DNA of 64,000 nt from the human T2T-CHM13v2.0 reference genome, Homo sapiens: NCBI RefSeq assembly GCF_009914755.1, contig NC_060925.1; one strand, written 5' to 3'. Position 1 is the first letter of the stretch, and every line of letters begins with the position of its first letter. Below are positions 1 to 14,845 of this stretch, one piece after another. The notes beneath the pieces are model-generated. The model was not told the origin of the DNA, did not search any database, and saw only the letters and a list, made by a program, of their open reading frames with translations. A program made the translations under genes and the position numbers.

Positions 1-628
1 GTTCCTAGGGTCACACACAGAGGGGCAGAGAAGCTGATCCACTGGAGAGGCTATTAGAACAGGTGGGAGGAGGCTGCACTGTGAACCAGGGTCTGGGGCC
101 ATGCCTTTCCCACCACATCATAAGCATTAATTCATTAATTCATTCACAAAATATATATTTAATGTCTACTACATGCTAGGCATAATTCTGGGAATAAAGC
201 AATAGAAAAAAAACATGTGATGAAATATATTCAGGGAAATATATTTTGGTTTACCAAAGTAGAAAGATTTCTGTCCTGCAGGAAGGACTCAGAATTTTTA
301 CTATGTCAGCCACAGGTACTGTGACTTGCCCAGAAGGGTCTTAGCATATAGGCCCTTTGAGGAAGAAACATCAGTGTAGAAAATTTGAAAAACGTAGAAA
401 TGCACAAAGAAGAAAATAAAAATTACTGGTAATCCAACCACTCAGAAAATACTCTTATAAACATTTTTTGTGTTTGTCACTGAAATATTTTTATATACAC
501 ATCTATAACTGCATAGATGTACCCACCATAACTTACAAAACCAATTCCCACATTCTTGTGTATTTAGATTGTCTCCAGTCTCTTAATATTGCAAACAATA
601 CAGTGAAGAGCATCCTTGTAAGTAATCC

Positions 629-983
629 TGTATTAGTCAGTTCTCATGCTGCTAATAAAGACATACCCGAGACTGGGTAATTTATAAAGGAAAGAGTTTT
701 AATGGACTTAGTTCCACATGGCTGGGGATGCCTCACAATCATGGTGGAAGACGTAGGAAGAGCAATGGGACGGCTTACATGGTAGCAGGCAAGAGAGTTT
801 GTGCAGGGGAACTCCCATCTATAAAACCACCAGATTTCGAGAGACTTATTCACTATCACAATGACAGTAGGGGGGAAAATGCCCCCATGATTCAATTATC
901 TCCACCTGGCCCCACCCTTGACACGTGGGAATTATTAAAATTCAAGGTGAGTTTGAGTGGGAACACAGAGCCAAACCATAGTA
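629..983 (-). mobile_element. THE1 (MaLR) solo LTR, interrupting an old L1M fragment
   Basis: Starts TGTATTAGTC..TTCTCATGCTGCTAATAAAGACATACCCGAGACTGGG and ends CCAAACCATA, the reverse complement of the THE1 consensus; about 355 bp. Confidence 0.9.
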
Positions 984-1359
984 GATCCTTATCCATATCA
1001 GTGATTATTTTACTAGTATAAATCCTTGAAAGGGGAACTTATAGGTAAAAATGTAGAACTATTTGCTTTTATACTGCCAAAATGCCCTTTGGATATTTGA
1101 AGCAATTTATGCTCTTAACAGTGGTTGTTTACCATGCCTGGGTCCTCACACCCTAACAAACAAACAAACAAACAAAAAACAAAAAAACCCTAAGTATTTG
1201 GTTTTTATTTTTAAAAACTGCCATTTTGATAGGTAAAAATGGTTATCTCATTATTGTAACTTGCCTTTCTTATTACTAGGCAAACTAAACTTTTCCCATG
1301 TTTATTAGGCTTTTTGAATTTCTTTCTCTATTTTATATTTATTTTGTCCATTGCTGGGG

Positions 1360-2750
1360 AAGAATTTTTTTAACTTTTAATTTTGCAATAATCTTAGAAT
1401 TACAGGAAAATTGCAAAGATAGTGCAGAGTTTCCATATACCCTTCAAACAATTTCATCTAATGTTAACATTCTCCATAACCATGGCACAGTTCTCAAAAC
1501 TAGAAATTTATTTATTTATTTAGAGACAGGGTCTTGCTCTGTTGCCCAGGCTGGAATGTAGTGGCACAATCATAGCTTACTATAACCTCAAATGGACCTA
1601 AGACTATATAGTCATGTGCTACCACGCCCAGGTAAACTAAGAAATTAACACTGGTACAATACAATGAACTAAACTCTAGACTTTATTTGGATTTCACCAA
1701 TGTTTTCTTGACTGTCCTTTTTGTCTTCCAGTATCTAATCCAGGATCTGACATTGCATTTAGATGTCACATCTCCTTAACTGTCCTCTGGTCAGTGATGG
1801 ATTTTAGCCTTTCCTTTTCATGATCATGATATTTTTGAAGAGTCCTGGTACAGTATTTTGTATGATGTCCCTCAATTTGGATTTGTCTTATGTTTTCTCG
1901 TGATTAAACAGGGGCTGTGGGTTTTTGGAGGAATGTCACAGAAGTGAAATGCCCTTTTCTCCATTTCTGAGGTCACGTGATACCAACAAGGTGCATTACT
2001 GGTGATGTTAACCTTGACCACTTGGTTAAGGTGATGTCCGCCAGGTTTATTAACTGTGAAGTTACTATTTTTTCCTTGCCATACTCTATTATTTGGAAGT
2101 GAGTCACTAAGTCTAGCCCACACTCCAGCGGAGGGAATTTAAGCTCCATCTGCTGGAAGGGGAGTAGTATATATCTAGAATTCTCCTGTAAACAAGATTT
2201 GCACTTTCTTCCCTTATTTATTTATTTATTCAATTATTTATTTACAACAAATGTGGTCAGATTCTTTGGGTTATAGTTCAATACTATCATTATTTATTTC
2301 GGTGCTCAAATTGTTCTAGTTTTGGCTGTTGAGAGCTCTTTCTGGTTGGCTCCTGGGTCCTTCAGACATCCTACCATCTTTTTTTGTCTTGCTTTGTTTT
2401 TTGTTTTTAAACACTTCCTTACTTTCTGGAACTACAAAATGTTTTAGGCTCATTTTTTTGTGTGTTTGCTTTTTGTTTTTCCCTGCCCAGGCCTGGAATC
2501 AGTCATTTCTCCAAGGAGTTCTGGTTCTTTTTACTAGAGAATGGTCTTTAGAGACTAAGATCTGGGCAGTGAGTGTGCCCATTTCTACTAGGGTATTATT
2601 GGTTCTAGGCTCTTTCAGCGGACAGAACTGGAAAATATATGTGTGTATACTAATCCATGCATATCTCTACTTCTGTATACTTCTATCTGTACGTATATTA
2701 AAAATACATGATATTTTTGACTCTAATCCAGCACTATAGAGTTCATTCGA
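1360..2750 (-). mobile_element. Ancient L1 (L1MC/MD-type) 3' region
   Basis: T-rich antisense L1M 3'UTR-like sequence, e.g. ttgcaaagatagtgcagagtttccatatacccttca...gactttatttggatttcacca. Boundaries are approximate. Confidence 0.7.
1507..1632 (-). mobile_element. Alu monomer (FAM/FRAM-like, internally deleted) inside the L1M
   Basis: (ATTT)n tail followed by GAGACAGGGTCTTGCTCTGTTGCCCAGGCTGG; flanked by near-duplicates aaactagaaat / aaactaagaaat. Confidence 0.8.
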
Positions 2751-4283
2751 GCCTTTCTAGGGCAAAAATGTTAAACCTCTAAAGCACCTCTGAATACTGT
2801 CTGGAATCTCCATTTCCCACCCAATTCTGAGCAAAAATTAAATCAAGTAGAGCATTGATTGGCTATGACTGATCCCACGGCCATCTGCCGGGACCACACG
2901 ACAGCCCCAGGATGGCTCCAGCTCTGTTCCTCCGGGCCTGGAGAAAGCAACAGAGGACAGAGAACTATATGAGGACAAAGAATAAGGCAGCCTTGCCCAG
3001 AGTTCAAATCCCAGCCCTGCCACTAACTACCTCCTGGTCGATTCTTTTTCCGTAAAATGAGGGGTTAAATTAGATGCTGCATAGATCTGGTATTCTGTGA
3101 TTACAGAAGGCACTCGATTCATGTTGGCTGAGTGAATGAGTGGGTAAGGAGAGGAGTTTGGCACATGCCAGGGCCCCTCTCTAGTTCAAATCCACGGTCC
3201 ATCATTATCTTGAGCAGGTAATTTACCTTGCCAGGCATCAGCATTTTTTATTTTATTCTTGGTACTTCTCTGTATTTTCTAGATTTTCTACAATAAACAT
3301 GTTATTTTATACTTACTAAAAGAAAACAATTAGATTTTTTAAAAAAACACAATAGCATATACCATCCTTCTCCCTAGAATTATTATCAGTAAGTACTTCA
3401 CAGGCTGGCACTGAGGAGCACTGTGCTCGTGTGGATGAACTTGAACCCATGCAAGCTTCAAGTTCCTGCCATAAAGTAGGTGTTCAACAGGCACTAGTTT
3501 CTGTCCTTTCTTTTCTCTCTCCTGCTGATCCAGAAGCTACATTGTGAAACTGGTGGAAAAAGTCTTCCTCTCCCTTTTTTCCCTAGTGTGAGTGTGATGG
3601 CCATGGCAAAAAAAGTCCCTGTCAAATGAGCCCCTTTCTTTCTCACTCAGAGTTCTCCCTCCCTGGCATCCTCCGTGAAGGGCCTCCTCAAGGTGTCTTT
3701 GCAGAAATGTGGAGTGTCCACCATCAAGGAAGATGGAGGGTCCATTCCCAGGTCCCACACCTGGCTGAACACGTCTCCCAGTCCAGCATGAAGCTAAGGA
3801 GCTTATGCTCCAGGAAGCTCCTGCTCATTTTCAACCAGGGCCCAGCTATGGTTGCTCCCCTGAGCCCTCATTATCTGTGCTGAAGACCTTAGGTTGCAGG
3901 GTTTGAAGCCTCACAGAGAGCAGAGCACAGTATGTGAGCTTCAGGCTACAAGCCTCCACCCCAGCAGTCCTGGCTTAAATTCTGTTTCTCTGCCTAAGAT
4001 GAATTCCTCCAGGAAACTATTCCCTTCCCTCCTTCTGAGAGGAGGGAGGAAAGACGGCTTTTAAATTACATGCTTCTTCTTATTTAAAAAAAAATGATGG
4101 AGAATTTCTGGTAGGAGGAGGGGAAATATTTTGTACTTCTAGAACCAAGAAGGCACAGACGTTCCACCACGACAGCAAAAGTCCCAAGTCCGGAAAAGCT
4201 AGCATATTCAGCAAAAGCAAAGGGAACTGAGGGCTTCTCATGAAAACAAATCTAGAAATACTTGAATTTGTTTTAAAAAATTA

Positions 4284-4586
<303 letters not shown>

Positions 4587-4879
4587 AACCATCATTCTCA
4601 GCAAACTATTACAGGACAAAAAACCAAACACTGCATGTTCTCACTCATAGGTGGGAATTGAACAATGAGAACACTTGGACACAGGAAGGGGAACATCACA
4701 TACCGGGGCCTGTCGTGGGGTGCGGGGAGTGGGGAGGGATAGCATTAGGAGATATACCTAATGTAAATGACGAGTTAATGGGTGCAGCACACCAACATGG
4801 CACATGTATACATATGTAACAAACCTGCACATTGTGCACATGTACCCTAGAACTTAAAGTATAATTAAAAAAAAAAAAA
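4587..4879 (+). mobile_element. L1PA 3' end (5'-truncated, about L1PA4-6) directly abutting the Alu tail
   Basis: End of ORF2 plus 3'UTR (CCATCATTCTCAGCAAAC...GATATACCTAATGTAAATGACGAG...CTTAAAGTATAAT-polyA). Has GAG rather than ACA at the Ta-diagnostic site. Confidence 0.95.
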
Positions 4880-6739
4880 GAGAGAAACACTCTTTTCCAA
4901 TAGGGATTCCAAAATCCAAATCGTGGTCCCTTGTCAGCACCATTGAGTTCCTAACCATACCTGGAGGGAATATTACAAGTCCCTTTGCACTGATGCCAAG
5001 CCTCAAATTTGTCTGCTTTCTGTATTCATACTGAAGTGAACATAAAGCCATAGGCTGATGCCACACCAGGCTGTGCTGTCAGTGAAACCCCTGAAGAAGT
5101 ATACCAACAAAGATACAACAGAATAATAAAATCAAGCTTGGTCTTTTCTCCAAAAATAATTTTAAAACCTCTGGGTAGCTGGTTCTCTTCTGCTGCCTTT
5201 TTTTTCTCCCCAATTAAAAAATGTATTTTTGCACCTACACTCTTAATGTTTTATTTTTATTGTCTTTGCTTTGTTAAATAATCTATTGTGTGTTTGCATT
5301 TGTTAAATCACTTTGGTCCATTCAATAAATGTTTATTGAAGAAAAAAAATCAGCATTTTGTCATAGAGCTCACTTTCCACATGAGCTACCTTCCTTTCTA
5401 GTGGATTTACAACCCAGACCCCTGCTTCTGATGGGGCTCCTTCAAAATTATTAAAGTGCTTGACTCTTGTAATATCATGTAGGGTTGGGTTATGTCTGCC
5501 CCAATGTTGACATGAAGAAATTCCTCCCTTTCTAACCCCACGGACAGACAGCACTTAGCATCTCTCACCTGGAGCATCACTTCAGCCTCTTGACTTGTCT
5601 CCTCCCTCCTTTTCTTTACTGCAGAACTTCTCAGAACCTTTAATATCCTGATGATCTTCCAAGAGGGAAATACAACACAAAATAATATATGTATTTCCTC
5701 AACTTATTTAGTCATGAAATCTTTTATTCAAAGAACATCTGTTAATGCCTCTCAGGCCACTAGGTTCTAGGAACTCAGTTTGGGAAACCCCACCCTCTAA
5801 AATATAATCCTAACTCCTCAGTAGGCATGTGAGCCCTTCCATTGTCTGCTGTCTGCCTCCCTCCCCAGGATCATTTTTCACCTCTCTCTTATACCTCTGA
5901 CATTCGCCCTAGAACTGTTTGTGGTTCCTTAAACATGCTGTCTTATTTCAAACTTCAGTGCCTTTGCATATGCTATTCCACCAGCCTAGAATGCTGTTCC
6001 CTGCTGTCCTCTGAGTTCAACACTGCCAACTCTTTGAAATGTCCCCAGCTCCCTCAGGCTGACAAAGTCACACCAGCCCCAATGTTCCTGCAGTGCTAGC
6101 TTTATGCTTATCAGCACTTCCCCAGACTATAAATGTGTTTCTCGCCTGTAAATCGTCTTGCTTCTTGCTCTCTCCTGGCCTAATTCTTCAGCTCCTATCA
6201 ATCCCATTAGATTCCCATCTCCCTTTAATACATTTCCTCTTTTTTTAAAAAAAGTTACCAAGAATGAGTTTCTTAGTTGCATGAGATCAAAAAAATCCTA
6301 AATTCTACACTCAGAAAGAAGAGTTTTAAAACACTTTTAGTCCAAAAAATGCATGTTAAAAATGGCACCCCCCCTTCCCCCCAACCCCAAGCATACAGGT
6401 CTCTTTTCATAGGGGGAATCATGTTCACAGGGCCCCAGGGAAAAATGCAGCAGGATCTGCCTGGTGCCTGAGAAGCTGCACACTATGCTGACTCAGATCC
6501 AGAGAGACAGCATTACTCAGGCCAATCAGAAAGGTGGTACCCACATCCCTAGGAGCAGCCTTACCCAACTCTACTCTGCAAATGGCCTCTTCCTGGGCTT
6601 TGGGGCAGGCAGGGACAAGAGCATCAATTCCTGAACTTCCTGACCATGCCACGTTCAGAATGCTTCCTTAGAAGCCATTTCACGAAGGTTTCCAAAAGGA
6701 GGATTTTTATCTTTCAAAGTAAATGAAAGAGGATATAGT

Positions 6740-7233
6740 AAACTATTGCTAAACTGTCCCAGGCCCTTTGCAATCTGACTTTGCCCCTCCTTTCATCAGG
6801 GGTGGAGTCTATTTCTCCCTCCCCTGAATCTGGCTGGGCTTGATTTTTCCTTTGGTCCAAAGGATGTGGCAGAAGGGATACTGCACCAGTTCTGGCCTCT
6901 GCCTTAAGAGGCATGGCAGGCTTGCTTCCGCATTCCTGGAGTCCTGAGCCTGCCATGCCATGGAGGAGCTGGGTCTGGCCCACTGGAGGACAAGAGGTCA
7001 TGCAGAGAACCAGGCTGCTCCAGCCAAGAGCTGGCACCAGGCCCCTCGATGTGAGGGAGGCTCTCTTGGACCTCCCAGCTCAGCCCCACCACCAGCTGAA
7101 TGCAGCTGCAGGAGTGAGCCCAGCCAAGACCAGCAGAGAACCACCCAGCCAGAATTGTGAGAAATAATAAATCATGATTTTAAGCTACAGAGTTTGAGTG
7201 TAGTCTGTTAAGCCAGCAATAGATAATGAAACA
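6740..7233 (+). mobile_element. MLT1 (F/G/H-type) MaLR LTR
   Basis: GGTGGAGTCTATTTCTCCCTCCCCTGAATCTGG ... GAATTGTGAGAAATAATAAATC ... GCAATAGATAATGAAACA terminus. Confidence 0.75.
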
Positions 7234-8170
7234 GAAGGGAAGGCTCAGAAGCCAGCAGGGAACTCAAATGTGTCCAGTGATAGAGGATGTGGGAAGTCCC
7301 CTTGCTATAGAAAATGCAAGAGCAAGGCAGGTGCCCCTTTCACTATATATGCAAAGTACCAAGGGTATCAGAAATGCAAGTGATCAGATGCCTCCCACAT
7401 AGAGATGGGCTAGGATATGCCCTTCCTGCTTCTCCCATAATGTTCCAGACAGGGCCTATTACCCTGAGACAAAGGAAGGAATTCGTTACCTGCCTACCTA
7501 AACTCCCTCCCTCCCTTTCGTCTACATTATCTGGCCCTGAACCATGACTGTGCAGAGAACAAACTACAATTAATGCTATCTTTTACCCACAAGGAGCTAC
7601 AATTACTAAGTGGAGTTAAATAAAGTCACAAAGGACTTAAAAGCAGGTACGATGAAGGGAGGTCAGAAGACAGGCAGTGTAACCGTGGGCTTATTAGGGC
7701 CCAGAAAAGAAGAAGATGCAAGGCTTTTTGCTGAAGGACCCTCTGTGCTGAGCCTGGAAGGAAGAGAGGTCCCTGCAGGAAGAGATTAAGTGAAGATATT
7801 ATTAAGGTTGAGGGAGTAGCAAAGGGATAGCATAAGAGCAACATCCCCCTCCCTTGCCCCAGGTAATTCCTCCCTTCAATCTGGTCTCCCTTCTTCCCTT
7901 TCCAAGGTTCCTCAAGGCCATGCCACCTAGGCTGATGGGTTTTCTTATCTCTCTACTCCCTCCTGCACCCAGCCCTAGGTTGAGTTAATTGGGAATACTA
8001 ATCATTTGAGAAGAGCTACTAAGACCTGAGAATGCCCCCCAGGTAGTAGTTCCAGCCTTGGTAATTTTAAGACTCTTACAAGAAATTACTGATACTTTTA
8101 GCATCTGTTGATTGAGAAAATACACATGTGAAAATAGATATCAGTTCTCCTTATAATAATGCCCCTAGGG

Positions 8171-8346
8171 AATCAGCTGGGCATGGCAGCATGCGCCTGT
8201 AGTCCCAGCTACTCGGGAGGCTGAGGCAGGAGAATGTGTGAACCCGGGAGGCGGAGCTTGCAGTGAGCCGAGATCTCGCCACTGCACTCCGGCCTGGGGC
8301 ACAGAGTGAGACTCCATCTGAAAAAAATAAAATAAGATAAAAAAAA
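8171..8346 (+). mobile_element. 5'-truncated AluY-type (right arm only) with TSD
   Basis: GGAGGCGGAGCTTGCAGTGAGCCGAGAT; perfect 13-bp TSD AATGCCCCTAGGG at 8158-8170 and 8347-8359. Confidence 0.92.
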
Positions 8347-8744
8347 AATGCCCCTAGGGGTCCAGGAGCAGGTTGAATCCACCAAAAACCACTGATGAGA
8401 GGAAATAATCAGCCAATGAAACAGACCCATGCTTTTAGAAGGGCCTTCGTTGCTTTGACCCCAAAAGACAATGAGGGAATTGCAGGATCTGAAGCTGGTA
8501 TGTCAAGGAGTGGGGGGCAGGGGAGAGGCATACCCTTGGCCCACAGGTCCTACTGGGACACCACTATCCAGCTGCTCTGGGAGAGAAGCAAGGTGTCCAA
8601 ATGTAAATGCCATGGCGGCTGGGCCTGGCTTGCCTAGCCACAAGTTCAAACTCTGCTCAATGCTGGACTGGTATCATGTCCCTGCCAGTTTAGAAAGCAT
8701 CTAAGGCAGTTTGGAAAAGCAGTAGACTAGAAACCACTAGTTAA

Positions 8745-9092
<348 letters not shown>

Positions 9093-11631
9093 CCAAGCTT
9101 TTTTCTTTTTTTGGCTTTCATCTTCAATAAAAAGGTGATGGAGGGTGGGAATAGGAGAGGAATGCTGAACTTGCTCTCCAAGGCATTGCCAAAGTGCCAA
9201 CATCCTGAGCAAATGATTCTAGTCGACTTACTGTTTCTGAGCCTCAGGCTTCTTACCTGTAAAATGGGAATGACATGTAACAATTAAATGAGATACAAGT
9301 TGTGAAAATGACAGTCACATAGCAAGTATCAATTAACATGGGTTTTTCTCTCTTCCTCCCTTCTGTCCTTACAATGACAGATGGTTCTTTCTTCCCAGTC
9401 CCATCCCCCTGCTCTTACTGAGTTGCTAATTTGACCTCTGAGTATAAAATGTGTCCACTTTTAGTGACATGAAGCTAGTCCTCCCAGAGAGAGGCATTGC
9501 CAAAGTGAGTATGATGACTTCAAACACGCTCAGAAACCCTAGGAAGCAGCTGGCAGGGTGCCCCCACTCCCTGCCCCTGGCAATGCTGGGTTCCTCTTTG
9601 GCATTTGTACAGAAGGGAACTGGCCCAAGGCAGAAGGATGGGCCTAGGCTGGTGAGGCCACCTCCCTCCAGGCCTGGCCAAAGCCAAGGCAGGCACAGAC
9701 AGCAACAACCACCCATTTTGCAACAAACAGGAAACCAGTTTACCAGCCTCAAAAATAGAACAGACAAAAACCCCAAAATATGAGGCTCTGACAGTGGGGC
9801 AGCTCAGCTTTCTCACATGGCTTCCTGACAGGCTGCGGAGTATGTGTTGTTATTGTTGCTTTAAATTTCACAGGCGAAAAAGTCTTGCAATGTCTTTATA
9901 AAGGTGACCAGCCTCTGGGGCCCAAGACCAGCAGGCAGCCCAGCCAATCATGCTTCCTGCACTGCCAAGGCCCCACCTTCTCAGTCTCTGATCCAGCTAC
10001 TAATGACCCCAACTGCAAGGGCCACAGAAGCCTTGATTCCTGTCATGTCCTAACAGGATTGGCCCTGACATGTCTGCAAAGTGAGTCTTCCACACCCCAG
10101 CATTGCTTTTCCTGTGGCCCCTCACCTGGTGCCATGCCACTCACCCCAAAACTGCTTCCATAGGTACCCAGAGGCCCCACTGGGCCACATGGTCCAAGAG
10201 CCACACTGACAATAGGCCTGCAGACATTCCCTCCACGTGAAGCTGGACTCATGCTGTCCCCTCTGCCAAGAACAGTGTTCCTTGCCTGGTACACTCTCCT
10301 CAGAAGCAATCATACTGGAATGACATGGTTAGAACAGCAATGTTGCTAAGGACTATGTCACACAAACTCCCCTTGTTGAGGGATCACGGGGAAAATGTAT
10401 CTTAGGTCTTAGCCCCAGGGAAAGCTGTGCACATCCTGGGCACTGGGTGCATTTTTAATCCTCTGGACATGATGACTAAGAACCGCCTATCGATTATGTT
10501 CCCTTTTTGTCTTCATTGTTAGGAAGCACAGTGCCAAACCTGTTCATCACCTCTAGCAGGTTTATGTCCTAACCTGTCCATGGCTTTATTTTAGTTTCTC
10601 CTCTTATTTTCCCTTGCATATTATTTCTTTATTAAATTTATTTTACCTTAATGTAGAATGTATATGATCTCAAATCTTTATTTGGAATAAAGTGAGGTAT
10701 ACATAAATAACTGAGCAAACAGCTCCTACTTACTCTGTAAAACCCACTTCGAATGTCCCCACCTCCGATTTCTGCCTAACGACTCCACAAAGGTGGGCTT
10801 CCCTCCCCAGTGGTCCCACAGCCCCTGCCTGTACCTGCCTGGATTCACACTCACCCACAGTTCTGTATTTTACTGTTTTCATGGCTCTCCCCACCAACCG
10901 ACAGAAGGTTCCTGTGTGAAAGCTAAAAGCCCGCCCTCTGCCAAAATCTGCCCAGTGCTGCAGGCACACGGGCTTGTTTAATCCTCAAGACAAACCTGCC
11001 AGATAAGGCTGGCTGTGCCCATTTTACAGCTGAAGCAACTGGAGCTAGCCACCACCAGGTGCTCATTCAAGGTCATGTACTATTGAGTGGCAGAACTGAT
11101 ACAGAAGGCTTATCTCCCTAAGGTCACCCAAGACATGAAAAAGAGTTTTTATGTGAAAGAGAGAAAAGGAGAGAGAGGGAAGGGATTTAGATTTCCTTAG
11201 ATTATCAAATCATTCACTGCAGATGTCAAAGTCATCTGCATCACTGGAACCATTTAAAATATGGCTTGATTCATAACAATTTATCCTCTACGACTATCTA
11301 GAAAAATCTACATGTATTTAATTGTGGCAGACTCATGCTGACCCTCCAATAGGCTGGTCAGAGCAAGTGGATTAGAGGAGTTACTCACATGCTAGATTGT
11401 TTTAGAGCATCTCCTATCCTCACTCCCTCACCCACTGTGTATACACACATTTTTAAATCCTGGTAAGTAGTTACAGGAAAAAAAATATATACTCAGAAGA
11501 CAAGAGCTAATTCTGCAAGAAGCTTCTAGGAGAAAACAAAGCCTACTTTCCCGGTAGGCAAGTGCACATGACCCATGAGGCCAATCATTACCCTGGCTTT
11601 ACAGTGTACAGACAATTAAACTACATGAAAT

Positions 11632-11938
11632 GGCCGGGCGCGGTGGCTCACACCTGTAATCTCAGCACTTTGGGAGGCTGAGGCGGGCACATCGCCTGAG
11701 GTCAGAAGTTCGAGACCAGCCTGGCCAACATGGGGAAACCCCATCTCTACTGAAAATACAAAAATTAGCCAAGCTTGGTGGTGCGTGCCTATAATCCCAG
11801 CTACTCGGGAGACTGAGGCAGGAGAATTGCTTGAACCCAGGAGGCGGAAGTTGCCAGGAGCCGAGATTATGCCACTGCATTCTAGCCTAGGCAACAGAGT
11901 AAGACTCCCTCTCAAGACAAATTTAAAAATAAAAAATC
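11632..11938 (+). mobile_element. AluSx-type
   Basis: Full dimer; TSD AACTACATGAAA at 11619-11630 and 11939-11950. Confidence 0.95.
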
Positions 11939-14599
11939 AACTACATGAAACAATTTTTAATATTCCAATTGAGAACCCACTTGGCCTGAGGCCTTTAAAT
12001 CAAAGTGGCCACTGGTATCTACACGTGCCCTTCCATGGAATGAGGAAGGCAGGACAACAGAGGCTGCTAGGGTCTGGGTTCAAATGGCCTTGGGCAAGCT
12101 GGGGGCTCTCCCTCTGCCCCTCGTTTACATGCGTGTGCGTGGGAGATGATAATGACACCACCTCTTAGGGTTGCAGTGAGGACGAAGCTGGCACAGGGAT
12201 AATGTTGAATAAATCACTGCATCCCAGGCAAGAGGATACGTGACCAAGAGCTGGAGTCCTCTTTGTAGACCTTGTGTTCTTCCATTTTAAAATGAGAACA
12301 AGAGCCAGAGAGAAGGGAATAAGGCATAAGCTATGAATGGACGGGAAGGAGAAAGATTTCTGACCCACCTCTTCACAAAAGCAGCCCTTCCATCCTGATG
12401 GAGAGCACCTCTTTTGGGGGTCTGATTTGTGTCTCTCAGGCCACCTTACGCCTTGTGTTCTGTGTGTGTGTGTACACGTGCACGCACACACATCTCCTCT
12501 GTAAAGCTCATGCACCCAGGTCCTGAGCCTGATTCCCCCCACTCCCTCCCGTGTCTGGTACGTGGTTGAGATCAGTAAGCACAGGTTGAGTAAATCACAA
12601 TGGTAGAAGCAGTACCAGCTGAGGCACAGAAGGGATCTTCAAATGTCAGTTCTCTTTGTCCTCCTTGCCAGATGAGGCCCCCAGAGCCTGCCCTCTGCCT
12701 TCCTTCCTGAATGTTCCAGGGACTCCCCTCTGCTCTCCAGACAAACACCCTCACTCTGCCACCAAGGCCCCTCTCAGCCTGCACCAGCAGCCACCCCCCA
12801 GGGCTGCCCCCTTATCATCCCCTCTCTTCCTGTTGACAGCCTTGGATGACATAACCTTAGGAGACCCAGCCACGGATCAACCTGACTACACAGCGTGGGC
12901 ATGGTAGGGGAATAGGTGATTCAAAGATTTCCTGGGTGTGGTCCCCTGCCCTCTCCCTTCACCCCCTCTGAAGCATGTCACAGTGGTTGACAGATTGAAG
13001 GCCCAGCCCCGGCATGGAGCCCCTGCTATGCCACTTACACTCTTCTGGACCTTGGGAAGACAACTTCACCTCCATAAGCCTCCATTTCTTATGTGTGAAT
13101 GGGGGTAAGAAGAGCATGGATGCATTTCACCTGCCTCTGAAGGTTGTCACTAGAATGAGAAGCACTGATCTCCACCCGGCACATGGCGAGGGCCAGCGCA
13201 GGTGGCTCCGTCCCAGCACCATGATGAGTAAAAGCTGAGCAGGAAGGGGGAAACTGTGCTTCCCCTCTGTGGCACTCCAGTGGGCAAGGAGGCCTTGGAA
13301 GGCGCAGGGCCGGGGCCAGCGGGACCACTCAGGCTCACCTGGGACTCCAGAGGGAAGGGGCATCTCAGGACGACTCCACAGGGTAGGGGGCTCCTAGCTC
13401 AACATCTTCCCTGCTTTACCCAAGAGAGGTCAAGACGACAGGACTGAGAGTATGATGTGCTCGCCACCCCTTGCCCTCACCCCACGCCCCACCCACACAG
13501 CCCCTACACCTTCAGGAGGATGGGATGAGTCATCATTAGGTCACTGGGTCATCGAGTAAGCAGTGGGGGCCACAGGGTGCAGTTTCCTCCCTTCCTCCCC
13601 GCCAGCCCACCTACGGCTCTCCTCCTACTCTCTGCCCCCGCTACTTTCCTGTGCTCTGATGTGGGAGGGATATCGCTCATTGACAGGTTTCAAAACTAAA
13701 AGTAGAGCGCATTTAGTCTTCTCCTGTGGCTGAGCTCAGCTCCCAGCTCCCAGAACTTTGCCATGCTGCTGCAGGGCCGGCATGCCCCCTCCTCACCCTC
13801 ACGGGGAGGGCCCCCATGGTGTTAGCCAGGGCTCAAGAATGAAGCTAGGACAGGAGGGGCAGAAGACGATGAAGGGAAGTGCAAACATATGACCCTGTCA
13901 TCTGTTAGGCCTTGAGGTAGATCCTGGGACCCCAGACGACAGAAGAGTGGAAGGGAAATCAGAAACCAGCATACTTCACCTGTCTGGAGTGCCAGACCCT
14001 GCCAGGTACAGAGAGAGAGACAGAGGGAGTGAGGGAAGGAGGGACCTGTATGGAGACTGAATTACAGGGCAGACACAGGATCCCTACAGAATCCTGCCAG
14101 GCAGTTGTTCCAATGTGTAGCGATAAGCAGTGACAGGGCAGAAATGGGAGGCGATTTTCCCAGCCTGTCACCTCCAGCAAGGTGTGAGCCAGAATGCACA
14201 CGCAGGCCTGCGTGTCTCTGGGGCTGATGACAGAGTCACAAGGAAACAGATCTCCATAGCACAGCGTGGAAAGGGCCAATGCTGTTGGGTGAAAGATGCT
14301 CTGGGAGGTCAAGAGAAGGGCCAATTAACCCCATCTGGGGAAGCATTTCATGACGGTTGTGATGCTTGCCCTGGATCTGAACAGCACATGCATGGGAATA
14401 GGTCAGGAAGTCAAGGGGACAAAGATCAGGGCAAAGGCACCAAGGTGTGTAGTCATGATGGGGGGCAGGGGGAAGGCATCAGGAGGCTCCAGCCAAGGAG
14501 GAGGCTGTGAAGGAGGCACTCAGCAGCCCATGCTGACTTTCCTTATAACTTGGACCCCAGAAGTCACTGCTATTTCCAGAAAATTAGAGTCACAAATCT

Positions 14600-14845
14600 G
14601 ATAATATTATCAACCACTAACAGGGCATCCACTATGGGCTAGACATTGTCCTAAGCACTTCATAAACACTACCCCCATTTAATCTTCACAACAACCCTAT
14701 AAAGTAAGATTACTACCCCCATTTGGTAGAGATCAAGAACTAGGCCCAAAGAGGTTGACTCACTTGCCCAAGGCACACACCTCTACAAGGGGTGGGGCTG
14801 GACTTGAACCTGAGGCTCCAGAGGGCATGCTCTCCTGACCACTCA
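14600..14845 (-). mobile_element. MIR (one of many MIR/L2 fragments in the window)
   Basis: TTTAATCTTCACAACAACCCTAT...CCCCATTT...GACTCACTTGCCCAAGG core, ending in CTTGAACC. Confidence 0.75.

Noticed and set aside
11616-12168. ORFs with LECSG / [10 protein letters not shown] / [10 protein letters not shown] motifs, also at 8.2, 19.6, 44, 52.3 and 56.3 kb
   Set aside because: These are standard Alu translations.
13150-13820. GC-rich stretch as a CpG-island promoter
   Set aside because: CpG remains depleted; at most an enhancer, with one AP-1 TGAGTCA at about 13527.
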